DNA of 64,000 nucleotides from Octopus sinensis (taxonomy: Eukaryota): positions 1-64,000 of the forward strand of contig NW_021824835.1 in NCBI RefSeq assembly GCF_006345805.1, given 5' to 3'. This document shows, one piece after another, positions 1-12,245 of this stretch (positions are counted from its first letter, which is position 1; every line of letters starts with the position of its first letter). The position numbers and the translations under genes are program-made. The notes under the pieces are model-generated. The model made no database searches and was not told the origin of the DNA. It saw only the letters and a list, made by a program, of their open reading frames with translations.

Positions 1-952
1 CGAACTGAACCCATGGATTAAGTGTAGGCCGAGGTTGGGCATGTGCATGCAGAGTGCCATCAGACACTCGTGCTTCTCTCCCAGTCGGGCAACGCCGCTG
101 GCGGGGGGTGCTACTCGTCTTCTATAGAGGGTTAGTAGAGTTTAAGTGTGACGACGTCCTGGGAGAAACCCTGGGCTTCGACGAAAATCAACTGGCCAGC
201 CTGTTCCAAAGAACATTCAGTCCGGGGCCTATGGATAATTACCAAAAGTCCCTGGCCTGGCAATGTTACAGAGAACCTTTACCGGTTCGAGATAAGCTCT
301 TTAGACATGAGTGTGCACCTTCGCCGGTTTGTGCAAGGTGTGAGAGGGACAGTGAAACTGTCCTGCACGCGATTGTGCAATGCCCCAAGGTGACTGAACT
401 CTGGGTTTATGTCGAACTCCTGCTGTCGCATTCGAGAAGAGTACAACTGTCGAGCGAATCTGTAATTAAGATAGTTCCGCCGACCTCCCTGGATAGGGAG
501 GAACGAGCCTGTTTTCTCTTGGTAGTTGCTATGGCGAAAGAAGTTGTGTGGAAGACGAGAGTAAAAGGAATTGCAACAGGCATGTTTATCTCCAGTCTCG
601 ACCTAATCGACTTTTTCGTTTTCCACATGAAACGGAAAATAAGGCTGGAGAAGAAATGCCTGTCGCAAAGTGTGTCTCGTAAAAGATGGAAGTCTATAGC
701 AAGTATGTTGCGAGGGAAAGAAAACTGTTTAATCAAGAATGTGAAAAAAGGAGAAAGCAAAGTCTTCAGTGTGAGTATGTGGTTGTGGGGTCAACCGCAT
801 CCTCCGCTTCAGTTTGTTATTCACTCATTTTCATTTAATTGTATATATTTCAATTGTTTGTTTATTCATACGTTTCGTCTCATTCGATACCCTGACCCCA
901 ACGTTGATTTTGTCCCCTCTTTTTCTCAACCTTATGGTGAATAAAGAAATAA
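1..952 (+). mobile_element. Tx1/L1-clade non-LTR retrotransposon, 3' part (ORF2 C-terminus with zf-RVT-like CxxC..HxxxxC, 3' UTR); runs off the window start
   Basis: ORF 54..944 contains WQCYREPLPVRDKLFRH..PVCARCERDSETVLHAIVQCP (CCHC knuckle typical of L1/Tx1 ORF2 C-termini). It is homologous to 49300-49850 (TFSPGPMDNYQKSLAWQCYR vs TFGPGPMDTFQRSLVWQCYR). It ends AATAAAGAAATAA (940-952) directly into (TC)n. Confidence 0.8.
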
Positions 953-1400
953 TCTCTCTCTCTCTCTCTCACACTCTCTCTCTCCTTATCTTCCTCACCT
1001 CACACACTCTCTCTCTCTTTCTGTGTCTATCTGTCTCTGTCTCGCTCTCTCTCTCTCTCAAGCACACAAACATATATGTATGTATGTTTGTGTGTGTGTA
1101 TGTATGCATGTATTATGTATATGTGCGTGTGATTTTACGTATGTTCCTGTATGTGTGCGTATCTATCTATATACATTCGCTTACACACACGTATGCGGCC
1201 ACACACACACATACATACATATATACTGATATATAATTATATAGATATAATTATAGCAAAGGGTTGTGAATAACCGCACCAACACCACACACAACACCAC
1301 ACACACATATGTATCTCTCTCTCTCTCTCTCCCTATATATATATATAATATATAATATATATATATTATATATATACACACATATCGTACAAAATATTTA
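953..1400. repeat. Compound microsatellite block (TC)n/(CA)n/(TA)n
   Basis: Directly visible dinucleotide tracts. Confidence 0.9.
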
Positions 1401-2309
1401 AAAAAAAACCAAGACAATGCAAAAGCAACGGTGCATTCGGTTCGCTCTGAAGAAAAATGGAAGAAGTCTATACACACACCTGTGTATATGGGCGTGTGTG
1501 AGTGTACACAAATACATACATACAAACACAGTTTCACACTAACTCACACACATACACACACACATACACACAGGTATGTACTAATGACTAAAGGAATGTG
1601 TCTGTGTAGAATGGTATACACGGATCCACTTCGAGTTCCGTACCTTTACATCAAAACCCAAACTAATGCTTCCATAAATGGAGATGCACCAAGCTAAAAA
1701 GTATATTTGTATGATCGACTTAATTAGCCGCGGACATGTTGAGGCACGACTCAACCTCCATGCCGCTGCTTTTCCGCACTCCAGTGACTTGGACCAATTA
1801 AAGAATAAGAAAGAACATACAAGCATACGTTCCTTGGAACGTGACAGAAGGAAGACCAAAGCCTCAGTTTTCAGCAACAACCAAATCATTCATTTGTCCT
1901 GTTTTATACTATATATAACAAAAGTTGACATTAAACATAAATAAGCAAAGATGTTTTTTAATGGTACACTATGAGACGCAAAACACGTGCAGTCATGAAC
2001 TTTACTCATTGTAGTTTGCGTTACTGTTGTTTGACATCTCTGTTACTGCGACATCCATGTAACATTTAAGAAGGCTATTGCTACTGTTGTTGTTGTGGTA
2101 GTTGCTATTGTTGTTGTGGTTGCTATTGTTATTGTTTTTGCTGAGGACTGTTAAAGTAGTTGATATTCATTTCTATTGTTGTTTATTTTAGTTGGATGTC
2201 ATTCCGCACGACTCCAGTCCATATAATTAAACGCTCTTTATGTTGTTTCCTAAGTCTGTCATAAACGATCTTTGTTGATTCTTCCAGTGTATCTGTGGAC
2301 GGATTTCTT

Positions 2310-2437
2310 TTCCGTTCATTCCTTTATTTCTTTCGCTCATTGGTGTGCGACCATGCTAGAGCAACGCCTTCCGAGGGTTTCTTTTTTTAGTCGAATACAT
2401 CGATCCACGGTATTTGTTTTAGTCTGGTGCTTACTCT
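2310..2437 (-). mobile_element. Degenerate 3' end of SINE family B
   Basis: GCGACCATGCTAGAGCAACGCCTT..TTTAGTCGAA resembles the reverse complement of the family B tail (TTCGACTAAA..AGGCGGTGCTCCAGCATGGCCGC). Confidence 0.5.
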
Positions 2438-2596
2438 GTAATTGCCTTTTCGCATACATACATTATATACATATTTATATATATATATATATGCATATAT
2501 GTATATGTGTGCGTGTGTGTGTGTGCGTATATATATATATACATACATGTACATATATATATACATATATATATGTAGATATAAATATATATATAT

Positions 2597-2636
<40 letters not shown>

Positions 2637-2660
2637 TATATAAGATATATATATAAATTA

Positions 2661-2800
2661 GAAAAAAACAACTTTTTCAATTCAAAATGAACAATTAATT
2701 TTTTATATATATATATTATATTTTGTGAAATTTAATTTAGTATTTCTAAATTGAATTTTTCCCTGTAAGTTAGGAATAATATTCCCTCAAATAATTATAT
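2661..2800. mobile_element. Two oppositely oriented fragments of a PLE-like terminal sequence (same family as 33300-33400)
   Basis: 2725-2765 matches 33358-33400 directly. 2661-2700 matches the reverse complement of 33303-33345. Confidence 0.65.
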
Positions 2801-2822
2801 ACACAACACACACACACACACA

Positions 2823-2870
<48 letters not shown>

Positions 2871-3342
2871 TATTATATATATATATTATATGTATGTATA
2901 TTTGCTGCATGCAGAGCACGGTATTCTTTTAAGCAGCTGTCGACAGTTCATGACAGGCTCGGTACTTTCTAGCAGTGTTATTCACACCAGTGATGACGAA
3001 CAAGAACGACACCTCCAGGAAACAGTCTGTCTTGTAGACCACATTATACCGCAATATCGTTTTTCTTCTAACTTCCAATCAATTAACCCGTGATACAAAA
3101 TTTAGGTAGGGTAGCAACGGCAACCATTGCAACTCTATATCAGCTATGATGTTCTGCTACTAAAATGTTTTCTTGGCTCTCAAACTTGGTCTAAAAGAGC
3201 AGCTGTATCATTGGTCCAATACATCATCAAAAAAATAAAAGCGGTGAAGAACTAAAATGTCACCTGCTTAAAAAAGTTTCGCTACATATACTTCTTGTGC
3301 GTTTGCGTTGCTGTCATTATGCTATCCCTCTTTCTCTCTCAC

Positions 3343-3427
<85 letters not shown>

Positions 3428-3444
3428 GTATGTATGTATGTATG

Positions 3445-3493
<49 letters not shown>

Positions 3494-3792
3494 GCATAAA
3501 ACAATATACAGTATGTTGCATTTCTGTGTATCTATCTGTACATTCATACGTATGTGTGTGTGTGTGTGTGCATGGGTATGAGTATGTATGTAATGTATGA
3601 TATGCAGACAAATGGAAGAAAATACGTTACCTTATACCAAAGATATTATTGACAACACAAACACACACACACACCAACACACACGTACACACACACCCGT
3701 GTATTATTGCAATTTCCTTATTGATGACAAAACCAGAAGGAAATGCAAAAGTAATTATTTAAACGGGTACAGTACTAGTGGTGGTGGTGGTG

Positions 3793-3834
<42 letters not shown>

Positions 3835-3934
3835 ATGGTGGTGGTAGTGCTGGTGGATAGTGGTGGTGCCGGCGGTTGCATTTCATCGTTTCGTTCAGAA
3901 TTGAAATGAGATACTTGGGTAACTTTCAAGTGAT

Positions 3935-3970
3935 AGACAGACAGAAAGACAGACAGACAGACAGACAGGC

Positions 3971-4066
<96 letters not shown>

Positions 4067-4067
4067 T

Positions 4068-4117
<50 letters not shown>

Positions 4118-4121
4118 TAGA

Positions 4122-4217
<96 letters not shown>

Positions 4218-4228
4218 CAGACAGATAG
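3935..4228. repeat. Alternating (GACA)n/(GATA)n tetranucleotide array
   Basis: Directly visible. Confidence 0.95.
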
Positions 4229-4580
4229 ACAAATAGAATAATGGAGAAAGCTCACAGAGAAACAAAAGGCCACCATCTATCTATGCATGTATGTAAAAAC
4301 ACATGCTATATATATATATATTATATCATGCTATATATATATAATATATATATATATGTTGGTATATACATGCACATATATGCAAAAATATACTACGGAT
4401 ATAGATATATCGACACATACACACACGTGCGCTCGGATATATCACAGAGATGTTATAGACACATGTATATATATGTGACTATACATCTGTGTGTGTGTGC
4501 TGTGTGTGGTGTGTAGATTGAGCTCCGCAAAAATTTTAATAGATCGCAGTTGTCCTTGTTATTTCAGACGATGTCTGTAG

Positions 4581-4630
<50 letters not shown>

Positions 4631-4945
4631 GCGCATGCATGTGTGTATGTACATATATAAATATGTGTACATACGTGTGTACATACATATATGCCTAGAG
4701 TGTGTGTGTGTGTGTGTGTGCGCGTTTGTGTAGGAGCGTACCACTTAAATGTGTGAGGCTAGAGAGAGAGGGAGGTAGGGAGGGAGGGAAGTATGTTTAA
4801 TATAAATGTTTATGTTGTCATTGCAGCCTTGATTTCAATATTTGCCCCACCTCCTGCTCGAAATAGACTTTTCCATATCGCACGACGCGCCACACACATT
4901 GCAGACTTCGTGTAGATATCTACTCTACCAAGTGACACGCATCTA

Positions 4946-4947
<2 letters not shown>

Positions 4948-5036
<89 letters not shown>
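4948..5036. repeat. (TC)n microsatellite
   Basis: Directly visible. Confidence 0.95.
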
Positions 5037-5039
<3 letters not shown>

Positions 5040-5261
5040 CATGCACATATACACACACACTCCACTTGTACACACGCAAACACGCACACGTATCTAGAAT
5101 TCACATGTAGACACAAATATCATCACCAGAAAATCACTCATTTTCTTCGTGCATGTTTGAATGCAAAATCTATATTTCTTTCTCTCTGTCTCACTCTCTC
5201 ACCCTCTCTTACTCTCTCTCTCCCTTTCTGTTATATATACATTATATATATATATACATAT

Positions 5262-5323
<62 letters not shown>

Positions 5324-5420
5324 GTGTAACATTTAAGAATATATTTGTGCATAATATATATTTGTGTGTGTGTGTGTGTGTAACATTTAAGAATATATTT
5401 GTGCATATATATATATTTGT
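5324..5420 (+). repeat. Local tandem duplication (two copies, about 54-nt period)
   Basis: GTGTAACATTTAAGAATATATTTGTGCATA occurs at about 5324 and about 5378. Confidence 0.85.
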
Positions 5421-6355
5421 GTGTGTGCGTACCGCACGTGTTAGTAGGGGGTCCAAATTTTCTTTGAATTACAGCCTGCCAAACGTGTTGATTCCTTTTA
5501 GTGGAAACCAACCGGCACAAGAACATGTAGGAAGCCTCAAAGCTATTATTACTTTGCCCCAAGGCACGATACGGATGATTTTCCTGTCTATTTAATTTGC
5601 ATTCTAGTTTTGTCAAGATCTCGTGTGTTTTTTTACATCTACCTATTTGAAAGTGGTTGTATTAGCCGAGGCAGTTTATTTTTCTTTTAATGTAGCAACA
5701 ATACTCCATTATAACTCTGGGTTACTTTCTCCCCCGTTTTCAATTGTTATTTCTCTTCAAAAGAAAAGTGGAATAACCCTTATTTTTGGGTTGTAAACGA
5801 ATGGAAGTGTTGCGTATATCTAACTTCAAATGTAAAACTGGTTAATCCAAAGTATGCTTTTACTGTATCGTCTTCTTTGGAATGTTTCCACTACCAATAT
5901 GTGTTCACATATTCCCTAGAAAAGAGTTCTAACTAAGTATTACTTAAGTTGGCGATACTAAGAGTTACAGGAATATCTACAGTTAATTATAAGTAACATA
6001 ACCTTAATATTCTATAAGCAACTTCTGCCCTCCACTCCATCTTTACTTGATTATTTCTCTACCTTCAGTTCTGTAATATCTTTATTCCTCCAAATACACT
6101 TAACTTCTTAGTCTCCACCATCTTTTACACATCTCCTTGGTGAGCCATACATAGACTAGCTCTGGACTTCTCCAACCAATTATTTATCTTCATGTTTGAA
6201 CACTTCCCACATGGAATACACTATTGTATATCAAGAAGTACATTTACTTCAAATAGAACTGAGGTTGATTTACATAGATAAAAATTCTGACTTCACTTTA
6301 GGTAGAAGCTATCTACCATATTGTGAACAATAACTGGAACAAGTAAAAGAATATT

Positions 6356-6387
<32 letters not shown>

Positions 6388-6568
6388 TCGCGTATGTGTT
6401 AGTAGATACATATATGCATATATTATTTATATTCATGTACGTATGCATGTGTATGTGTGCTTCGTATGTATACATGCACAAACACGCATCTATAAATATA
6501 CTTTACATACATACATACATACCTACATACATACACACACGCACAGACACACACACACACACACACAC

Positions 6569-6612
<44 letters not shown>

Positions 6613-6954
6613 ATAAGATAGAGAGAGAGAAAGAGAGGGAGAGAGATAGGGACACGTGGATGGGTGCATTCGCATGTTTGAATACAAAGAAAGGGAGAGA
6701 GGGGAATGTGCACGTGCGTGTGTGAATGTTAGGCGAAGAGGGATTTATAAGAAAGACTTACAAGATTTTACGAAAGACTGGAATAAAAACATATATATAT
6801 ACACACACATATATATACATCATAAAGCTTCGTCGCACGTCGCTTTGTGGTTTATTAAAATATTTGTCATTCCATAATCTGTTCTTCACAATCACGCCGC
6901 ACCAGATACGTTCCAACAAACCAGCCAGCCAGCCAGTTAGCTTACACCTCATAT

Positions 6955-7085
<131 letters not shown>

Positions 7086-8910
7086 TATACGATGCTATGC
7101 AATAATATATAAAATGACATTTAAAGTAAAGTGAGGAAGTGAACAAGGGACACAGTAAAATGTCGCGAGATAAATTGACGCTACTGCTCCGTTCTGGCTG
7201 ACAATCACGCTCACATGCCTACGACGACAGATGTCGCTGCAGTTTGTTTGAATGAACATCCGACTACGCCTCCCACTTCCCCCGACTCTTATTAGCTTCT
7301 CTCTCCCTTTTCATACACACACACACACACATACACACGCACGCATACACACGCAAGCATACACACACACACGAACATGTATATGTATATATGATTTTCG
7401 TTACTGTTTCAAATTTTCTTTCACCTTTTATCAATGGCTTCCTTGTTCAAAAATATTCTACTATCTCTCTTACGTCTCACCCTCGATTAGGGATTTATCC
7501 TCTATTTCCGGTTTCTCCCACCCCATGACCACACAGATATAATATATATTTTGCCTCCCTCAACCAACATGTCAGTCTATCGGTCGGTCGGTCGGCGTAT
7601 CTATTTGCAGGTCTACCTTTCTCTCTGCTTCTAATTCTCATGTATTTTCCTTCTCTTTCTTTTTCTGTTACACACCTTCAGTTACGCCTACGCCTTGTAT
7701 ATTTTTCCAATCTCTTTTACTTACATTTGATGCGTCTTTTTATATAGATATAGCTATAGATATTGATATAGATAGATAGAAAGATATGTAGATAGATAGC
7801 TTTCTCTCAGTGTCTTGTTCTCTCTCTCTCTCTCTCTCTCTATCACACTCATATCGCATACACACACACACACACGCGCGCGCGCGACCACACGCACACA
7901 CATATTTCTTTTGCTAAAATATATTCTAATGGAATATTGTTCATCGTCTGATGATTGCTTAGCGTTTACTGATCATACTGATAATGATACTTGAAGTTAC
8001 GACGTATTATCTTTAATAGACTATATCATAGTTATGTATTATATATTTCTCTCTCTTATGGTTATTGAGTACTCTCGGCTACATGTGTGTGTGTATTTGT
8101 GTGTGACCGTGTGCATGCGTGATCCCTTCTCTATACACTTCTTTTTACACTTGTCTCCTCTCCCCTGCTATGTTTTTCTCTCACTCTGTTTCACTCAACT
8201 TCTCCCTGTCTGTCTGTCTGCCCCCCCCCCTCTCTCTCTCTCAGTCGCGTTTTCTCAACAATCATCCATGCAATATTCCATACATGTCACACAATTCTTT
8301 TCATTTTCGACTTTCCTTTCTTTCTTCCTTTCTTTCTTTCCTTCTTCTTTTCTCCCATCTTACCTCTCTCTTCCTCTCTTTTCTTTTTTATTATTTCCTT
8401 CCCCTTTCTCTCTTACTATGTAACTATTATCTCTCTTATCCTTCTATCTCACCCGATTTCTTCTTTCATTTCTCATTTCATTCTTTCTCTCCTTCTCTCT
8501 ATCCCTCTTTCTTCCGGTCCCTTCCATATACCCCTACACACTCCCCACTCACTCAGTCCTATTTCTCACGCACCACCACCACCTCCATCACACATTCCCC
8601 CTCTCTTCCTCGAACATAGCAATACAACAGCAGCCAGACGACTGATGGCCCAATCGAATTTCTGACAGTTTGCTGTCGTCTGCACTTCATTATTAATGAG
8701 AGAGAAGAGGAAGAGAGGAATGGAAGGGGAGGAAATGGAAGACAGCGACTGATTTATAAATGTGTCGGCTGCGTTATTCAATCTATTTTTAGGCACACAC
8801 ACACACACGACTCACAATAGACACACATATATCATAATGTACAAAATAAGACCATTCGTACAAGAAATCCAATTCAATCCGTTATAATACAGAGCAAAAG
8901 CTTGTATTTA

Positions 8911-9050
8911 TTCTGCCGAGGTCGACATTGCTTTTCATCCTTCGGTATCGATAAAATACGCACCAGCTGATCACTGGGGTTGACGTAATCGACAATCCTT
9001 TTCCACACCATTTCAGACCTGGTGCCTGTGGTTGAAGAATACCAATAATA
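8911..9050 (+). mobile_element. SINE family A, 5'-truncated, diverged
   Basis: GCCGAGGTCGACATTGCTTTTCATCCTTCGGTATCGATAAAA central domain, followed by a TAA tail. Confidence 0.7.
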
Positions 9051-9067
9051 ACAGTAATAATAACAAA

Positions 9068-9129
<62 letters not shown>

Positions 9130-9234
9130 TAATGAAGAAGAAGAAGAAGAAGACGAAGAAGAAGGAGGAGGAGAACAACAACAACAACAACCACAACAAC
9201 TATTATTATAATTATTATTATTATTATTATTATT

Positions 9235-9785
9235 GAGTGAGAGAGCAGTTCATGCCATCAAAGTGACATTGGGGTAAAATATACGAAGCCCAATATACCC
9301 ATCATGACTACCCGTCTGATAAAGGTACACCAGGCACATGCATCACAACCATATGTGCGCGACATGGTGATCTCATATCAAGATAAACAGCACATGACCT
9401 TGCAGGTGGGGCCAAGTAAGAATTTTCTTCAGGTTGAGTAGCCCATCCCGCTCAAACGGTCCCTGAATAAGGTTGTTTAAGGATGTTGAAAGAACCACCC
9501 ATGTTTCCAGAGGTGAACTATTCAACCCCAAAGAATCCCTCTCAACACATGGCTATGATGCTCCCCCACTACTTCTGCTCGTGATCAGAGATGCACATAT
9601 CGTCAGCCACTAGGGACATGCTCAACTGGTTAAGGTCAAACAACTGACAAGCAAATCTGTGGTATTGAGCAGAATATTTGCTGTAGCCCATCTTTTATAC
9701 CAAGACAAAACAATGTACATGATAACACTTCCAATCAGTTAAGATCAGAAGCCATGAGAGCTACTGCCTGGTACTGCATCAGGGC

Positions 9786-9788
<3 letters not shown>
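9235..9788 (-). mobile_element. Non-coding interspersed repeat (about 555 bp) flanked on both sides by (ATT)n; copy 1 of 3
   Basis: GAGTGAGAGAGCAGTTCATGCCATCAAAGTGACA..AGGGCATTTA, with homologues at 9999 and 10403. Orientation is inferred from an (AAT)n tail on the minus strand. Confidence 0.75.
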
Positions 9789-9859
<71 letters not shown>

Positions 9860-9861
9860 CT

Positions 9862-9960
9862 CTCGGGGTCAATAAATTAAGTCCCGGAGAAACATTGGGG
9901 TCGATGTAATCGACTCGTCGCCCTCCTCACACATTTTAGGCTTTATGCCTTTAGTAGAAA
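9862..9960 (+). mobile_element. SINE family A 3' fragment
   Basis: CGGGGTCAATAAATTAAGT..GGGGTCGATGTAATCGAC..GGCTTTATGCCTTTAGTAGAAA. Confidence 0.7.
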
Positions 9961-9998
9961 TAATAATAATAATAATTATTATTATTATTATTATTATT

Positions 9999-10378
9999 GA
10001 GTGAGAGAGCAGTTCATGCCATCAAAGTGACACTGGGGTAAAATATACGAAGCCGAGTATACCCTTCATGACAACCCGCACATGCATCACAACCATATGT
10101 GCGCGATATGATGATCTCATATCAAGATAAACAGCACATGAACTTGTAGAAGGGGTCCAGTTAGAATTTTCTTCTGGTCGAGTAGCCCATCCTGCTTAAA
10201 AGGTCTCTGAATAAGGATTGTTTAAGGATGTTGAACGAAACACCCATGTTTCCAAAAGTGAATTATCCAAATATCTAAGAATTCCTTTCAACACACGGCT
10301 ATGATGCTTCCCCACTACTTCTACTCGTGATCGTCAGACACTAAGAACATGATCAACTGGTTAAAGTCAAACAACTTA
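9999..10378 (-). mobile_element. ATT-flanked repeat, copy 2 (truncated, two small internal deletions)
   Basis: Colinear with 9235-9660. Confidence 0.75.
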
Positions 10379-10402
10379 CTTATTATTATTATCGTCATCA
10401 TT

Positions 10403-10530
10403 GAGCGAGAGAGAAGTGTATGTCATCAAAGTGATACCGTGGAACAAATATACGAAGTCCAACATACCCATCATGACGACCCATGTGATAAGGGTACACC
10501 AGGCACATGCATCACACCCATATGTGCGCA
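10403..10530 (-). mobile_element. ATT-flanked repeat, copy 3 (short)
   Basis: Colinear with 9235-9360. Confidence 0.7.
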
Positions 10531-10550
10531 ACTATATTTTACTATTATAA

Positions 10551-10715
10551 AGGCGGTGAGCTAATAGAAACGTTAGCACGCCGGGCTAAATGCTTAGCGG
10601 TATTTCATCTGTCTTTACGTTCTGAGTTCAAATTCCGCAGAGCACTGGAGTCGAGGTAAACAACTTACCTCACCCCTCAAAATTTCAGGCTTTGTGCTTG
10701 TATTAGAAAGGATTA
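10551..10715 (+). mobile_element. SINE family A with central domain deleted
   Basis: Head AGGCGGTGAGCTAATAGAAACGTTAGCACGCCGGGC, B-box-like GAGTTCAAATTCC, then jumps to the tail. Confidence 0.75.
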
Positions 10716-10755
10716 TTGTGTGCGGACATGAATCAAATCAGATAAATCCAACAAT

Positions 10756-10960
10756 CTTTTCTACTCTAGGTACAAGGCACGGAATGTTGGGGGAGGGGGC
10801 AGATCGATCCCAGTACGCAACTGGCACTTAATTTATCGACCCCGAAAGGATGAAAGGCGAAGTCGACCTCGGCGGAATTTGAACTCAGAACGTAAAGACA
10901 GACGAAATACCACTAAGCACTTCGCCCGGTGTGATAACGTTTCTGCCAGCTCGCCGCCTT
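10756..10960 (-). mobile_element. SINE family A, full length (tRNA-derived head, central domain, tail 1)
   Basis: Reverse complement of AAGGCGGCGAGCTGGCAGAAAC..GAGTTCAAATTCCGCCGAGGTCGACTTCGCCTTTCATCCTTTCGGGGTCGATAAA..CCTAGAGTAGAAAAG. The central domain resembles, from memory, the Meta-SINE domain (unverified). Confidence 0.9.
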
Positions 10961-10976
10961 AGATAAATCTAATAAT

Positions 10977-11374
10977 CTTTTCTACCCTAGGCACAAGGCC
11001 CGAAATTTTGGTAGAGGGGGCCAGTCGATTAGATCTACCCCAGTACGCAACTGGTTCTTAATTTATAGACCACGAAAGGATGAAAGGCAAAGTCAACCTC
11101 GGTGGGATTTGAACTCAGAACGTAAAGACAAACGAAATACCTATTTCTTTACTACCCACAAGGGGCTACATACAGAGACGACAAACAAGGACAGACAAAC
11201 GGATTAAGTCGATTAGATCGACTCCAGTACGTAACTGGTACTTAATTTATCGACCCCGAAAGGATGAAAGGCAAAGTCGACCTCGGCGGAATTTGAACTC
11301 AGAACGTAAAGACAAACGAAATACCGCTAAGCACTTCGCCCGGCGTGCTAAAGCGTCCGCCATCTCGCCGCCTC
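10977..11374 (-). mobile_element. Dimeric SINE family A (monomer with tail 2 fused to a headless monomer with tail 1)
   Basis: Two central domains, with the junction GAAATACCTATTTC at 11134-11147. Flanked by AGATAAATCTAATAAT direct repeats. Confidence 0.85.
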
Positions 11375-12091
11375 AGATAAATCTAATAATGGGCAAGTAA
11401 AGTTTCAAATCAGCCCAAATGTGTTTCTAAGTTCGTTCGTTGTGGAAATGAAGATTTTGAAGAGAATGTTCAAAACCTCATCATTACCCCACCTCTTCAT
11501 TACCCCACCAATTTCAAGATGTGCACTTGCACCCACCTCCAAAACTCTGTTTCCGAACGAATAGCAAGAGGTGGATCTGAGGAAGATCAGGATGCTAGTT
11601 CTAGCCAATGGAACGATCACGTAGATACCTTTGTAATTACTGTTGTTAGATAATCTGTTTTGGTTTTATTTATTTATTTATTTCCATTTTCATGCGACTT
11701 TATAACTCCAGGCTACCATGGACTTGTGACAGAACAGCAGCAAGATGTCGGCTTCAGTAGTGTACGCATGCGCACTCACTCTCCTTGTTAATAGAGCTTT
11801 CCTGTTGACAGCAAAATCAATACTGCACATTCCACCCCCTCAAGCGTAACACGTAGTTTTTCCTACCTGAGTCGCTCTTACACTCAATCATTATCTATAT
11901 ATCTCTCTCACTCTTTCTCTCTCTCTCTCTCTCTCTCACTTTTTTTCTCTCTCTCTCTCTCTAACTATCAATCTATCTCTATCTATTTCTCTCTCTCCCT
12001 ATATATATATAATATAATATAATATAATATATATGCATATGATAATATATGGTATATATGTAAAATATAATATGCATATGATAATATATTG

Positions 12092-12163
<72 letters not shown>

Positions 12164-12205
12164 TAATATTTGATATATATATATGTAATATTTGATATAT
12201 AGATA

Positions 12206-12245
<40 letters not shown>

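Noticed and set aside
2985-3040. TGATGA..GAAACAGTCTGTC as a hammerhead
   Set aside because: No convincing stem I or stem II pairing was found.
5900-6310. Possible decayed LINE C-terminus on the minus strand
   Set aside because: Only vague resemblance, with many stops and no diagnostic motif.
11400-11650. Unique sequence as a host exon (short frame MCTCTHLQNSVSERIARGG..)
   Set aside because: No recognisable protein similarity and weak splice signals.
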